Source: Guillardia theta CCMP2712 (lineage: Eukaryota > Protista > Cryptophyta). From it: 64,000 nucleotides of DNA. The notes under the pieces are model-generated. The model made no database searches and was not told the DNA's origin. It worked only from the letters and a program-made list of their open reading frames with translations. Made by a program: the position numbers and the translations under genes. Numbering within the stretch: the first letter of the stretch is position 1; each line of letters opens with the position of its first letter. Of the stretch, positions 1 to 12,782 are shown piece by piece. Where the stretch lies: the NCBI RefSeq assembly GCF_000315625.1, contig NW_005434665.1, positions 136,969-200,968 on the forward strand, in the 5' to 3' direction.

Positions 1-2939
1 AGCTCACTGTCATGATATCTACAAGCTCTGAAAGACTTTCGTGTAGATGACTGGTCCTAGTCAGAGAAATCGAGACGACGGGATGGAAGGAGTTGAGATG
101 CAGACTCGATCAAGAACAACAGACATCGTTGTTGACGAAGATGACGCGGCTGAATCCGATAACGAGGGAACAACCCCAATGCCGTCAGATTTGTATGCAA
201 AGGTAACTCGGAACATGTCTGCGGTGCAGATCAGATGTAGTGATGCTGGTTCTCCAGTGTATGGAAGAGTACAAGTGCCAAGGTGTTGAGGGTTTTCACG
301 GCCTCTCGAGCTTCGCCGGTGATCTGAAACCTCCATGAACGAATGTGGGCGAGTGATGGATGGATTTTCAGAGTCGGAGAAGCATGACGAGCAAGGCGGT
401 TCTCATCAGCGAATGAAGAGGTTCGTTGCTGCTCCTCCTGCCAAACCGTCTGAACCTCTCAAAAGGCTGCACAAGGAGTTGAAATCTCTACCCAAGCAGC
501 TCGAGCAGGTACCACCACCTGCTACTCCTCTCCCTCCTCTTCTCTCCCTCTTCTCTCCCTCCTCCACTCCAATCCGCTCCCTTGCCCTGTCCCCCACGCG
601 CTCACACTCACCCCGTCCATTGCATTCCCCCCTCTTCTATTCTCCTTATTCTCTCTTCCCTCCTTCCTCTTCCTCCTCGCTCAGGCTGAGCTCGCACTTG
701 CTGCAGCATCCAAACTCGAGCATATGGATACGCTACGACCAAGACAGGCCGCAGTACATGCGAGCCGCTATCACGGGACCCAGCGGAACACCTTATGAGG
801 TAGATGGGAAAGGAGAGGAAGGGAAGGAGGGAGGGAAAAGGATGGGGGGGGGGGGTGGGGGAGGAGAGAGAGAGAGAAAGGAAGGAGAGGTGAGGTGAGG
901 TGAGGTGATAAAGGGGAGGAGGGAGAGGGAGATAGCAGAAGCGTAGAGTGAGCTGATTTCCTCCCTCTGGTGTGATATCCTTTGATTTTTTCTCCCAGTC
1001 TGGAGTTTTTTTGTTTGATCTTTACTTCCCACCGAGTTATCCTTTGGTTCCCCCGAAGATGCTCTTCTTAACAACAGGTCGAATCTCTCTTCCTGCTCCT
1101 ACTCCTGCTAATGATCCTCCTCCTCTCTTGCCTTGTTTCCCTCATTCTTCACCTGTTTCTGTTTCCAATTCTCCTTCTCCTCTTTCTCCTCATCGTCACA
1201 CCCCTGCTCCTCCTCCTCGTCATGCTCTTCCAGCAGCAACTCCTTCCTTCTTTTTTCTTTGCTAACTTTGTAGTCTTGCCAGCTCATGGAACCATCCGAT
1301 TCAACCCGAACCTTTATGCTGACGGCAAGGTACATCAGAGCAAGCTTACAGTAGAGAGGGTGGGAGAGAGGGAAGAAGAAATGGAGCAGGAGAGGGGGGA
1401 GAGGGCGGGGTCGAGGACGAGAAGGTTTTGATCATCTTGTCCAGGTCTGTCTTTCGCTCCTTGGAACGTTCGATGGGCCCAAGTGGGATCCGGGCAGCTC
1501 GCTCTATCAGGCACGGGAGTGGAGTCAGCCCGAGCCTCCTCCGCTCACTCCTTCTCCAGGTCCTCATCTCCATCCAAGGGATGATCCTTGGAGCCCCGCA
1601 CCCCATTCTCAACGAGCCCGGGCTGGGAGGGTTCGAGCGACAAGGTGGGGAAGGAGGAGGAGGAGGAGGAGGAGGTCTTGGGTGCTGATGGACTTGTGCA
1701 GAGGGAGCGGCGGGGGGGAGGATCGCTCATGTGTGCGACAATGCCGTGCGCGCCTATGACGAGAGGGTTCAGCTTGCGACGTTGCAGGTCAGAGGAGGAA
1801 GGAGAGGCAGAAGACGGATGCCGGGGAACAGGAAGAGAAAGTAGAGGAAGAGGAGGGATTGGAGGCCGAGGAAGAGGCAGCAGCAGCAGCGGCAGCAGCA
1901 GCGGCAGCAGCAGCAGCAGCAGCGGCAGCAGCAGCAGCAGCAGCATCAACAGAGAGGGAGGCAGGGAAGGGGAGTCAAACGGAGTGACGCGTTGGTCTAC
2001 AGCATGCCATCTTGGGTTACATACGGAAAGTTCCGGATGGTTTCGAGGAGGCAGTCCAGCTTCACTTCTTCATGAAGAAAGCATCGATCCTATCCCTCCT
2101 AAAGAAGTTGGAAACCTCTTCCTTCCTCCCTCCTCCTCCATTCCTCCTCTTCCTTCCTCCCTCCCCTCCATTCCTCCTCTTCCTTCTTCCCTTCCCTCCA
2201 TTCCTCCTTCTTCTCCTTCTCCTTCTCCTCCTCCTCCTCCTCCTCCTCCTTTTCGATTTCCCCGTCCTTGTCGTCCTCCTTCTCCTCCTTCTCCTCCTTC
2301 TCCTCCTTCTCCTTTCTCCCCACCCTCTCAATCCCCTAACCCTCTCCCATCCCCGTCTTGTGCTGCTTTTTCCTCCTTCTTGTCTGACCGTATCCCTTCC
2401 GTCAGATGGCGGGAGGAAGCTGAGTCTTTCAGGAGGGAGCACGGAGCTGCTCAGCTGCAGGAGGATTTTCTTGACCGTCTGCACGAGCTGCACATGCAAC
2501 TTTCCCTGTCCCTCAACGCCATTCGAGAGCCAGCCGCCTATCGCCAGGTATTCTCCTCCTCCCCTCTCCCTTTTCTTGCTTTCCTGCTCGTCCTCCCACT
2601 CCAACCTCCTGGCTTCTTCCCCTGCTCCTCCTCCCTCCCCCCCCCTGCCTTCCTTCCTGTTCCCCTCCTTTCTCTCCCCCCGCCCGTTGGCCTACTTGCA
2701 TCACTGAGATGAGATCAAGATTTTGGATGCGGAGGCTTCGAGCAGAGCAGCGGCCACGATGAGGGCAGTCGGGGAAGAGGGAGAGGTCGAGGCTCAGGGA
2801 AGCGAAGGAGAAGGAGCGGAAGGTGGGACAGGAGAGTTGCTGCCTCCTCCTCTGACGATGCTGGCAGACGACAAGATGCTTGAGGACGATCGAGACGATA
2901 TTCAACTTCTTCCAGGTGGAAGAGGAGGAGGGGAAAGGG

Positions 2940-2973
<34 letters not shown>

Positions 2974-3040
2974 AGGATTGACTCTTGGTCTTCTAGGTGC
3001 GAGCAGAACGAACAGGTCCAAGTCAAGGCAACGACGTTGA
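1..3040 (+). CDS. Ubiquitin-conjugating enzyme E2, BIRC6/UBE2O/UBE2Z-type UBC domain; multi-exon, probably 5'-partial
   Basis: Spliced exons read LKRLHKELKSLP / SSIWIRYDQDRPQYMRAAITGPSGTPYE / SGVFLFDLYFPPSYPLVPPKMLF / TIRFNPNLYADGK|VCLSLLGTF (catalytic Cys) / VLISIQGMILG..PILNEPG. The last exon ends at the stop at 3038-3040. Confidence 0.85.
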
Positions 3041-3231
3041 TTGGTTCTCCTCCTCCTAACTCCTTCCACCATTAGCTCGCACTCCCCTCCCCCCTTTCCC
3101 AAGACCTCCTTCCCTTCTGTTAACACACTGTAGTGAAGTTACTTGTGCTCTATTTCTCTCTGTCACCCAAATAATCTAGTCGCGTGTCTACTCCGTTCCT
3201 CCTCCTCTATCTCCAGCTCTTCTTCCTCTCG

Positions 3232-4143
3232 TTTACATGCGGTCATTCCTGCCTCCTGGAGCCACTATCTTCGGTTCCCCTGCAAGAAACTCAGGAAGAG
3301 GAGGGGAAGGAGAAGGCACGGGAGGAGGAAAGGAGGGTAGATGGGGTTGGGGGCGGGCAGGGGAGGACAGTAAAAGGGGAAGGAATAACCTGGAATCTCT
3401 CCATATTTCATCTGCATCTTCATAAGGATTGCCTCCCTTCTCCGCTCCTCTTCCGCCTGTTGCATTGCCAACCGGTTCCTCTGCTGCATGAACTGCTGCT
3501 CGTTCTTCCTCCTCCTCTCCTCCTGCATCTCCCGCATTTTCTCCGCCCTCTTGTCCGCCGCCCCCCTCTTCTCTAGCCCCTGCTGAATCCTCAACCTCTT
3601 CTCCTCCTCCTGTATCAGTCGCTTCTCTTGCCGCAGCTGCTCCAAGTCGTTGCTCTCCGCCAGCGCCTTCAGGATGATCTCGGTCTTGATCTTCTGCTTC
3701 CTCTCCTCGAACAGCTTCGCTCTCCTCGCCTCCTCCTCTAGCTTCACCCGCTGCTCCTCGTCGATCCTCTCGCTCTCCGCCACCTGGTCGATGAGGAAGC
3801 TCGACTTGTCAAGTTTCTTGCTCCACTTGAGCAGCATCTCCTTCTTCTGCAGCTCCTTCGCCTTGTACTTCCTCTCGTTTTCCTCCTCCAGCTGCCGCTT
3901 CAGCTCCATTCTCTCCTCATTGTACTTGTTCACAATCGACGAGGATTTTCTCAGCTCGCGCGCTACCCTAAGCGCCTTCGCTGTCTCTCGCTCCTCCGCC
4001 GTCGTCAGCCCATTCCACTTGTACCGCCTGATCCGCTCGTTCGAGGAGCCGCTGCTCGCCGTGTTGGGCGTCTCGCTGCCATCGCGGGACGCGGCGACTC
4101 CTTCGAAGTTTGTCTCCTCTGCTGTCGAAAGGGAGACGCTCAT
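3232..4143 (-). CDS. Coiled-coil E/K/R-rich protein of unknown function
   Basis: The long ORF 3265..4200 has a continuous charged helical region and gene-like codon use. ATG at 4143; probable short 3' intron near 3280-3390, so the 3' end is approximate. Confidence 0.65.
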
Positions 4144-5237
4144 GGCGGGGAAGGGGGAAGTCAATGACAAACGCTCTTCTCTCCGATCTGAAGAAAACAA
4201 TGGTTAATCACAGTAGAATCACACACACAATGGATAGAAATGCTGCTGAGATGAGAGCATGACAGAAAGACAAAGTCTGTACAAAGACCGCATCATCCTG
4301 GTCACATATTCGGATATGATGAGCACACATTCACGTCTCATTCGTACTTCGCCTCTTGCCATTTCTGCTCATCCGTTCATTTTCTGCTGAACCAACACTC
4401 ACTTCCTCTCCTTTCCATCCTCGACTCTTAGCCTTGCTTGAGGTGTTATATGTCTCATAATTCAAAGAAACACACAATTTATTTTTGTCCTGTTCAATCA
4501 TAGTTTGATCTTCAATCGTCCGTTCCAACTTTCCTGCACCCACCACATTTCTTTGCCTTTTCCACTCTCTTCATATCTTCCAGTCTCCCAATTCTTTCTC
4601 AACAATCCACTCCCACTCTTCCTCCTTTCGCCCTCCAATCCAGCTCTTGCTCATCCTATCCCCTCTTCACCTCTTTTCCAACTTCACTTCCTATCCCACC
4701 TCGTCCCTCCTCTCCTCCTCTCTTGTGTTCTTTGATCTCCTCTCCTCTCCTGCCCTCTCCTGACCTTCTCTTCGTTCGTCTGTATTCTCTGTGTTGTTTT
4801 TTTTGCTCTTTTTTCTGCTTTTTTTGCAACGGCCAATAAAGGTTCGGTTGGTGTCTAATAGTAATATAAAAAGTGTTAAAAGGAAATTTATCCTGTACAC
4901 AATCTACAAATAAGTTATAAACATCGGTAACTCAAAAGGTACATAAAACGAAAGTAACAATTAAAATAGTTTTTATAATTAGAAATCTCGTACAAGATAT
5001 TTTCGCTCAAACTGAATCAATAGTACAATTTTTCTGTGACTCCGTACACCTTCTAATAGTGATTTAAGATACACTATCGAAAATGGTGCAGAGCAATTCG
5101 ACGACGTCGCCTTCGTCGTCGTCGTCGTCGGTCGTGTCAGTGATCTCAGCGGTGAGAATGAGAGAATTTGACTGCTTGATCGCTCAACAACAACTATGAT
5201 GACTTCTTGATCGCACAACAACAACTGTGAGATTAGA

Positions 5238-5963
5238 TGACATCTTGTTCGTACAACTCGCTTTCACAGCGGGTAGTGTGGGAGAGGAGTTTATGTAGCG
5301 CTGATACACCAAGATGTAAAAGCAAACAGGAAGTTCAGTCAAAGAGACCCTTGATGAAGGGGTGAATCACTGTTGATGAGAGATTTGAAGCGAATAGATC
5401 ACTTTCATGAAACCCTTCATTGAAAACATCTCTTGTTCTTGCTTTTCACTCGCTTTCCAGGGAGTACTTGAGCGATCAGATCTGGGTCGAACAGCAGGGA
5501 ACATCTCAGGGTACGTGCACTTGCTCGCCGCCATGCTGTCTACCGGCGTTTCTGACGGCGTGAGAGCAGGTGGACCATTATATTCCTCTCCTGTATCTAC
5601 TTCATCGCCGGTGTGATCTGCTCCCTTCGCTACTACAAGCATGCGAGGAGGAAGCGCAACGAGTGGCTCAAGGTCGTCTCCATGGAGGGACTTCGTGCGC
5701 AGTCGATGCTGGAACTGCAGGCAGCCAAGGCGAACGTGGGGATCCTTGTGGTTACAATAGTTATTACGCTCCTGTACACCCTTATCGGAGCCCTTGTGGG
5801 GTTTGCCGTGGGGATTACGATCGGGGTATTGATAGGGCAGATCTTCTTAGTGGTCCGCCTTCCCTTGACAGAGGAGTATGAGATGTTGACAGGGGCGCTT
5901 ATCACGATCATGCTCCTGTTCTTCTCACTCGCTCCTTCCTCCATCAATCTCTACTTCCTGTGA
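5238..5963 (+). CDS. Small multi-pass membrane protein of unknown function (spliced)
   Basis: The last exon encodes several hydrophobic segments (VGILVVTIVITLLYTLIGALVGFAVGITIGVLIG; LTGALITIMLLFFSL). Short GT-AG introns lie upstream; the start is approximate. Confidence 0.55.
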
Positions 5964-6540
5964 TCCCTTGCACGCAATGCTATGTGCGGAATGTTGTGAA
6001 GGTAGACAGATTTGGAATGATTTCAACCAGAAGATTGCATGTTGATATTGTAGATGTAGATGTACACGTAGATGTATTTGACGTGATGTACATGTTGTTG
6101 TAAAGTAATCGAGTCCACATTTTCGTTTCACAGATGTTCTAGTGTAAGTTTTCTGTCGTCAAAATCTGCTGGGAGTTGCATGGTTCACTGTCACTGGCTT
6201 TGCAAGGTTCTGCGGGTCTTGTTCGCCGAGTCCAGTCCCGCTGTGGATGCCTCCTGGTTTCGTCGAGTCTCTCACCACCTGAACCCTTGACGACCTCGCT
6301 CGCTCGCACAAGATGCAACTAGTTTCCACCCACAGCAGTCATACAGGAGTTGGAGGTGTTGGAGGAGGTGAAGATGCAGGAGGTGGGGGAGGAGGAGGAG
6401 GTAAAGGATCAATGGATGGAGCCGAGTCGAGGGAGAAGGGGACGGGATGGGGCCAGGAAAGGGAAGAGTACTGAGGACGACAGGAGGTCTCACCCGCACA
6501 TCATGATGTAGGACAACGAGAGGTTGCTATACCATCCCCC

Positions 6541-8993
6541 ATGGCTAGTTCCTCCTATGCTTGCATCCCACTGATTGAGAAACTGTTGGAAGAATTTCGA
6601 CAGCCAGAACAAGAACATCTCAGCAACGTGGCAAAACTTCTCATCTTTCTACCTGACCGAGGACGCCTAGAGAGATTTCTCCGCCTTGTCGCCCTCCATG
6701 GGCAAAGTGAGCCTGGAAGAGCAGAAAGAGACAGTCATCGGAGGTTGAGGGGAAGGAGGGATACCTGGAATGCAATCATGAGGAGAGAGGTGTGAATTCG
6801 AGCTCCTGGCCTCTTTGCCAGACAGTTGTTTGCAAACCTGCGCAGGTCGAGATGAGCGGTGACGGAATCTTGTGGAGCTGACATGGAGATGTGGTGGAGA
6901 GATGGTATGAGAAAGTGGTTGTAGCGTTGAGAGACTGTTGATAGAAAGATGGGATCAGCAGAGATGCAAGAGGTGAGAAGCGAAACGAACATGATAGCGA
7001 GATGAGATGAGATGAGATGAGATGAGATGAGATGAGATGAGATGAGATGAGATGAGATGAGATGAGATGAGATGAGATGAGATGAGATGAGATGAGATGA
7101 GATGAGATGAGATGAGATGAGATGAGATGAGATGAGATGAGATGAGATGAGATGAGATGAAAAGGCAACAGGATTTGAGCGCTCCTCAACATACACTCTT
7201 TGTACTCTTCTCTTACCACAAGAAATCACTCCAGCTGGCTTCCTTGGCTGCGAGTTTCTGATTTCGCTGCTCCTCACTCATCCGATTTCGAGGTATTTTC
7301 TTGTTCTTCTGGAAATCTTCTTGATCTTTCTCCTCGCACTGACGACATGCATAAGTATCTGCATCTCCGATATCAACTTCCTACTGCCTCGTTCCCTGCA
7401 CAGGAGCCTTGGTCACTCAACGAGTTAGAATTCCTCTTCTTGGAGATGTTGATCTGCATGGCAATCAGTAAAACTTCCTGCCTTCCATCGTCGTCGACTA
7501 CATTTCCTACCTGCTTTTCTTGCTTCGACTGGTAAGTCTTGCAAATCATCCTTGTATCATTGCCTGGCAAACATATGACAAGGGAGCAAACCGTGGTATT
7601 CATCGCACATGCATTCAAAGCGTTGACAATCCGCAAGTCGCTCACTTCTTGATACATTTCTTGCACCCTTTTGAAACTGTCGGGATCACCAGGTCGAATC
7701 TGCGGTCCCTTGTCAAACTGACGCATCGGATCGGTGAAGCAGCGGGCAGGACCTTGAGCCGGATCTCTTTGACAGCCTGCCGGCACCCTCGGGCAAAGGT
7801 CGCAGCGTCCCTTGCTGCCTCAGCTAGCGCGTATTCTCGGAGGTTCGCGATGATAAACCAACAAAACAGAATGACGTAACCAGACCCAGAATCGCTCCCC
7901 TTGCATTTAGGAATCAGATAGATCAAGATCCTGACTAATGCACCACCTTTTCATTCTTGATTGCTGCCAGAATCACCTGTCGTTTCGAGCATAAAAGCTT
8001 TACAATTTCCATTTTTGACTTGCAGTGTGAAGACAATTCATCGGGTTGGATGAACGGCAGATCTACAAGAACGTTGTGAATCTGAAAAGATCGTGAGTTG
8101 TATGCTTGATGCAGAAGGCTCCCTACAAGTCGTTCACTTCTTTCTGGAAGAACATCCGTCTTTTCCTCCTTCACACGGTTGTAAGTCCCAGCAAGGAAGG
8201 ATTAGTGGCATCTACGGGTTTCATTCCAGGAGATGGGTCTTGAATCGTATCGATAAAACACTCACAAATTTCTTGCCAGTCGGACTCTGAGATGTTTGGA
8301 GCATTGCTCGCAATGGTGTCTTGCAGAACATCTGCTGCTCTCCATGTTGCATGCTCTGCATTGATTTCTTGAAAATTGAACGAATCAGCACAACCAAGCC
8401 TGTTCCAAGACACTGTCAACCTGCTGAATACTCCTTCTCGGTGAAGACAGGTTTCGTTGTTCCATGGATGCATACAGGAGCAAGGAGCTCGTCCTCTGCT
8501 TTTACAGATATCCTCTTCGACAGCTCGCCCACACTCTTGTGTTGTTCGCATCTCCGCAACGACTCTCCTCCCTTCAGGTTGCTATAACACTGCATCACAA
8601 CTAAACTGCAATGCGATAGGAAAGCACCTCGCATACTGTCGGATTCTATCAGACAGATCCATCATGGTACAGGCGAAATGAGAGCGAAATGCTGCCGCCT
8701 TCGCTTCTGGATTTGCAGCTTCATGTCATTCCATGGCAATGCGAAAGGCGAAACCTACTCGCTTCATGTCCTTCGTCTGATAGAATTTCTTGAGGGTTCA
8801 TGGAGTCCCTCAAGAAGAGAACGGCTACGATCAACACATGAGCATGCTCAAGTCTCTCTCTCAACATCGCCGCTCCTTCTCGATGGCGGAGGACAGTCTG
8901 CTCAAGGCAGGTATTTCAGCTCATAGGATGCATGTTACTGACTATCACCGAGTGTTGGAGAAGGAACTCTCTGGCCCAGTCGTCACTCGCTAG
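6541..8993 (+). CDS. Hypothetical multi-exon protein (one or more genes)
   Basis: A chain of + strand ORF segments is separated by ~50-nt GT..AG introns. No recognisable domain; boundaries approximate. Confidence 0.35.
6999..7160. repeat. (GAGAT)n pentanucleotide microsatellite
   Basis: Perfect gagat tandem array of about 32 units. Confidence 0.97.
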
Positions 8994-9324
8994 TCTACTA
9001 TCATCCTGCATACCGCACATGTCAAGGAGTCTGCTCGCCATCTTCATGGCTTGTCGCAAGTGCTCCTCCTCTACATTCGCGTCTCCCGCCATTTCCTCCA
9101 GTCAATTTGTGTGTTGTTTTTGACTTCTTTTTAGGACTCAGTCGGCCAGAATCGGTGACTCCCGGCGGAACCGTCCGGGCCGGCCCGGCCAAGCCAGAGT
9201 CCGACTGGCCCGGGCGTCACCGGCCGCGGTCCGACTGAGCGGCGCGGCGCGGCGCGGCCCGGGCGGCGCGGCAGCCTTCGGCGGCAGTAGCCCGCCGATG
9301 TTTAGTGACTGAGGGAATCGTCAC

Positions 9325-10827
9325 TTAGTTTCCGAAGTTCATTGCGGCCTTGACGACCTCTAGGAATGTTTTATGGCTCCAAACATGACGGGCAGTAGTG
9401 ACTGGTCCCTCATACGCTTCATTTCTCTCTCTGGCCTCTTGACCAGCGACCGAACGCCCGCACCTGAACAAGTGCGTCATGGTTGAGAGTAGATGGTAGG
9501 AAGCGACTGAAGTCACCGTAGATGTGTCGTCTGCGAACAAATGCAATGCTTTCCATCCCGTTGTTGCTCTTCCTGTGAGGATTTCGAGACCTGACTAGTA
9601 GCTCAGAGACGTCAACAATCTACTTTCGCCCTTCACGGCGGAAAGAGCAAAGAGACATATGGGGTCTGCATCCGAAGAGGTTCTACCTCTGTCTCCGTGT
9701 TGGGCAGTCGCATACATGCTTTTTCTTGCGGTCATCAAACCAAAAGCCAAATCCTGCACATCAACGTCAAGATAACAAGTGTACGAAAGTCTCAGATGGT
9801 ACAATCACCGTGTCTTTTCTCGGCACAGGGTATGTAAACGTCGTCTCCCTTTCCCCACACCTTCAACGCATGTCAAACGCATCGTATGGACAGAAACTGA
9901 GCTAGCACTTGTCCTAGAGCATAAGATCCGATGGCTGCAACACGCAATGAGTAGCCGTCGACAGGGTTTCGCTCTGAAGGGAAATAGGTCAAGGGATACA
10001 GGTTGCTGCAAGGGCTTTCATGTACCGAACGCATCGATGGCAACATTGAAAGGGGATGCTCCCGAGCGGAGCAGGCTGTCAATAGACAAATTATCTCTAC
10101 AGTATTCAGTCTTGACGTTCTTGATGATGTATTCTATCATGAACTTGAGAATCGGATGCCCAGGTATACTTGAAAAGCACCAGTTCTGTAGTTTCAGATC
10201 GTGATGCTCCTCCCCGTACTTCCTTTGAAGCACCTTGGAAGCAAGTCTAGGCTGGTACCCCACGACCATGTCGTCGTCCGGAAGAAGCATCACATCCAGC
10301 GGCAGCTCGCAAGTGCAGTCGACCGTTGCGAACGTCCCGCCAAACTTGAACAGCATGAGATATGACCACAAGTCCTGTCGCGATTCTTGCCCGAGGGAGT
10401 CGTAGATCGTCAACAGCTCGGGATAGAACTCGTCTACCAAGTTCCTTGCCTGTCTGGGGCTACAGAGTGTAACCGAGTACTCTGGATTCTCGTTGTTCCA
10501 TGTCTCGGAATAGCGCTTGTGAAGCTTACTGAGAGGCATTTCCCAGTACACCTGCCATACCTTCCTCGGGATTTTAGGTTCTCTTTCCTCTTTCTTCTTT
10601 TCTGCCTTTTGAGCACGAGACAATCGCCCCTCTCCCTTGATGTTTTGTAGCATCTTCTTCATTTCTACTGGCATCCCGTGGCTAAACTCCGGCCGATAGT
10701 TCTTGTCCTGGTAGAACTCTGACGAGTCCCAGTGCTGCCACTCTGACTTATCAGCCCCATGCGCATCATAGAAGATCAGGCATGAGAGGATGATTGAACA
10801 GAGGCAAAGCTTTGTTTCTGAAGCCAT
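9325..10827 (-). CDS. Glycosyltransferase family 32 (Och1/DxD sugar-binding type) with N-terminal signal/anchor; 3' exons approximate
   Basis: KIPRKVWQVYW, TWNNENPEY, RQDLWSYLMLFKFGGTFATVD and LQNWCFSSIPGHPILK match the GT32 pattern. The N-terminus is hydrophobic. Confidence 0.75.
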
Positions 10828-11079
10828 GGATCGCACTCTATCAAGCGCCTGCTGCTCAGATCACGCTAGAGCGCTGCAAAGCACGAGCATGCACTGGTAC
10901 CCTGCTGACTAGCGGGACTCAACGCCATATGATCGAGGAGGGAGCGTCCAGCCATGGAGCTTGCAGTGGAGCCTCACTGCCATGACTTTCACGTGCTTCT
11001 CCTCCCTTGGCCCCCTCGTCCTGCCATCGTTTCTTGCAACCACACAAGCCGCATCGACAAACTTCCGATTGGACTGCCT

Positions 11080-11830
11080 TCGCCGCCGCCGGGGCCTCCA
11101 ACCGGCGGGCCGCCGGGCCGGGCCCGGGCCCGGCCGGCCGGGCCTCCCGGAGTCTGGGCAGTGAGCCTGCCGCCGACTCGGTCCCGGCGGGCGGCGCCGG
11201 CCCGCGGCCGGGCGGGGCCAGGCTTGACTAGGCCGTGACCGGCGTCCGGGTGCCCGGCATTATGCCCGGTGCCAGTCGAGGCTACCGTACGGCGCCGCCA
11301 GTACGGCCCCCCCGGGGGCCGGCCCGGCTAGTACTACGCGGGGCACGGTACGGTACCGGCGGCCGGGCCGCGGGGCCGCGGGGCCGGGCCGCTGCGCGGC
11401 GCGGCCGTAAGAGTGATCACCGCCGCCGATCGTTGAAGCCTGTGGACTATCAGGGCCGATCGTAGCGGCCCGGGGCCCCCGCTCCGGCGGCCGCCCGGGC
11501 CCCGGCCCGGCGGGGCCGCCCGCCCGGCCGCCCGCCCGGCGGGCGCGGCCGTGCGCACGGTCCGATCACAGTCGCGGCCCGGAGGCTGCGGCGGGCCCGG
11601 CGGGCCGCGCCGTCCGGCGCACTCAGGCCCGGCCCGATCGGACTCACTGAGTCAGCCACGCCGGGTCCGGCGGGCCGGGGACGGTCACCGTGGCACCGTG
11701 ACTGTCGGGTCACCGCCGGGGCTAGTACCGTCACACAGCGGCACCGGCGGTGTGACTCAGTACGAGGACAATGTGACTCAGCCGCCCTGCCACGCGCGGC
11801 AAGCCTCATCTATCCCGCCGGGCTGGACTC
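11080..11830. other. GC-rich intergenic island; similar islands at ~9135-9310, 13190-13700, 14960-15448, 20227-20480, 23100-23500, 30510-30560, 35185-35440, 45000-45310, 52930-53360
   Basis: Very high GC and CpG content with ccgg/ggcc/gactca/gtcac/cggtccgatc words, lying between genes. ORFs here are low-complexity Pro/Gly/Arg/Ala. Confidence 0.8.
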
Positions 11831-11988
11831 AACCACTTTAATGATGACAAGGCTGAGGATTTGGATGATTAGCGATCTGATCATGTCACGATTTTTCCAA
11901 CACCGTTTCAAACACGAAAGTAAGACTCAAACATTCATTTAAATTACAATCAGAAGTGCAGGAATGAATTGCCTGCTCCTCTCACCCC

Positions 11989-12657
11989 CTACAAGAAGAT
12001 AGGCTCCTCAGACCCATCAGTGTCCGAGGCGGTAGACGATTCTTCACGATGTTTGCACCCATCTGGTCTTCGCAAGACCTTCTTTCCACCCTTGCGGTTG
12101 AACTTGTACGGCCATTTTTCAACGCCCAATTGTCTGCACACCAGCTTCATCGTGGATTTGCCGATGCCGATCTTTGCTGACGCTACCTCCAGGCTCTCGT
12201 GGAAGTGCTCTGCTAGCAACTCGAGCGTGATCTCCACTGGTTTATCAGAATGGAAGTCAGCCTGTCGGGACTGTACCCTCACAACAGGTGCTTGGGGGAA
12301 GCGCTGCACAGGGCGAGAAGGAGGAGTGTTGCTGACAGATGAAGTATGTGCATGTACAATTGAGTTGTTCCTTGTCTCCGACGGCCAGTTGACCTGAAAA
12401 ACGTCTCCCATGATCTTGCTATTCATGATCATGGAAGGCTCAGGGCTCAGAAGATCACTCTGGTGCAAGGCAAAGAGATCCTGCATGAGGGAGGGAACGA
12501 ATGGTGAGTCTGAGAAAGAGTCGGCCAAGAGCGTAGTCGGGTCAGCCTCCGGCAAGGGGACTCGGAACCAATCATCGTCCAGGGTAGTTTGATCGAGGAA
12601 ATCGTCCGCAAAAGGTTCGCTGAGGAAGGGATGGTTGGCAAAGGAGATAGATTGCAT
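11989..12657 (-). CDS. RWP-RK domain transcription factor (intronless)
   Basis: ITLELLAEHFHESLEVASAKIGIGKSTMKLVCRQLGVEKWPYK fits the RWP-RK helix-turn-helix signature (KWPYK variant). Confidence 0.9.
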   Translation of the reverse strand: MQSISFANHPFLSEPFADDFLDQTTLDDDWFRVPLPEADPTTLLADSFSDSPFVPSLMQDLFALHQSDLLSPEPSMIMNSKIMGDVFQVNWPSETRNNSIVHAHTSSVSNTPPSRPVQRFPQAPVVRVQSRQADFHSDKPVEITLELLAEHFHESLEVASAKIGIGKSTMKLVCRQLGVEKWPYKFNRKGGKKVLRRPDGCKHREESSTASDTDGSEEPIFL

Positions 12658-12775
12658 CGCGGTACAGGAAAGTGAGAGGAAGAAGTGATACAGAGCAGAA
12701 GTGTGATGAAGCAGAGGATGCTGGGGGGAGAATGTTGCTGCTGGGTTGTGATAGACTTGAACAGACGGTGGAGCC

Positions 12776-12782
12776 TTTTATA
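12776..12782 (-). promoter_or_regulatory. Candidate TATA box of the RWP-RK gene
   Basis: TATAAAA on the minus strand, about 120 bp upstream of the ATG at 12657. Confidence 0.45.

Noticed and set aside
1545-2712. 374-aa and overlapping Pro/Leu/Arg-rich ORFs
   Set aside because: Read-through of low-complexity introns of the E2 gene. Only short exon pieces are coding.
6735-7277. ORFs with (SSHLI)n repeats
   Set aside because: Translation of the (GAGAT)n microsatellite.
10954-11841. Multiple Pro/Gly/Arg/Ala-rich ORFs in GC islands
   Set aside because: Stop-codon scarcity in very GC-rich DNA; no domain signal.
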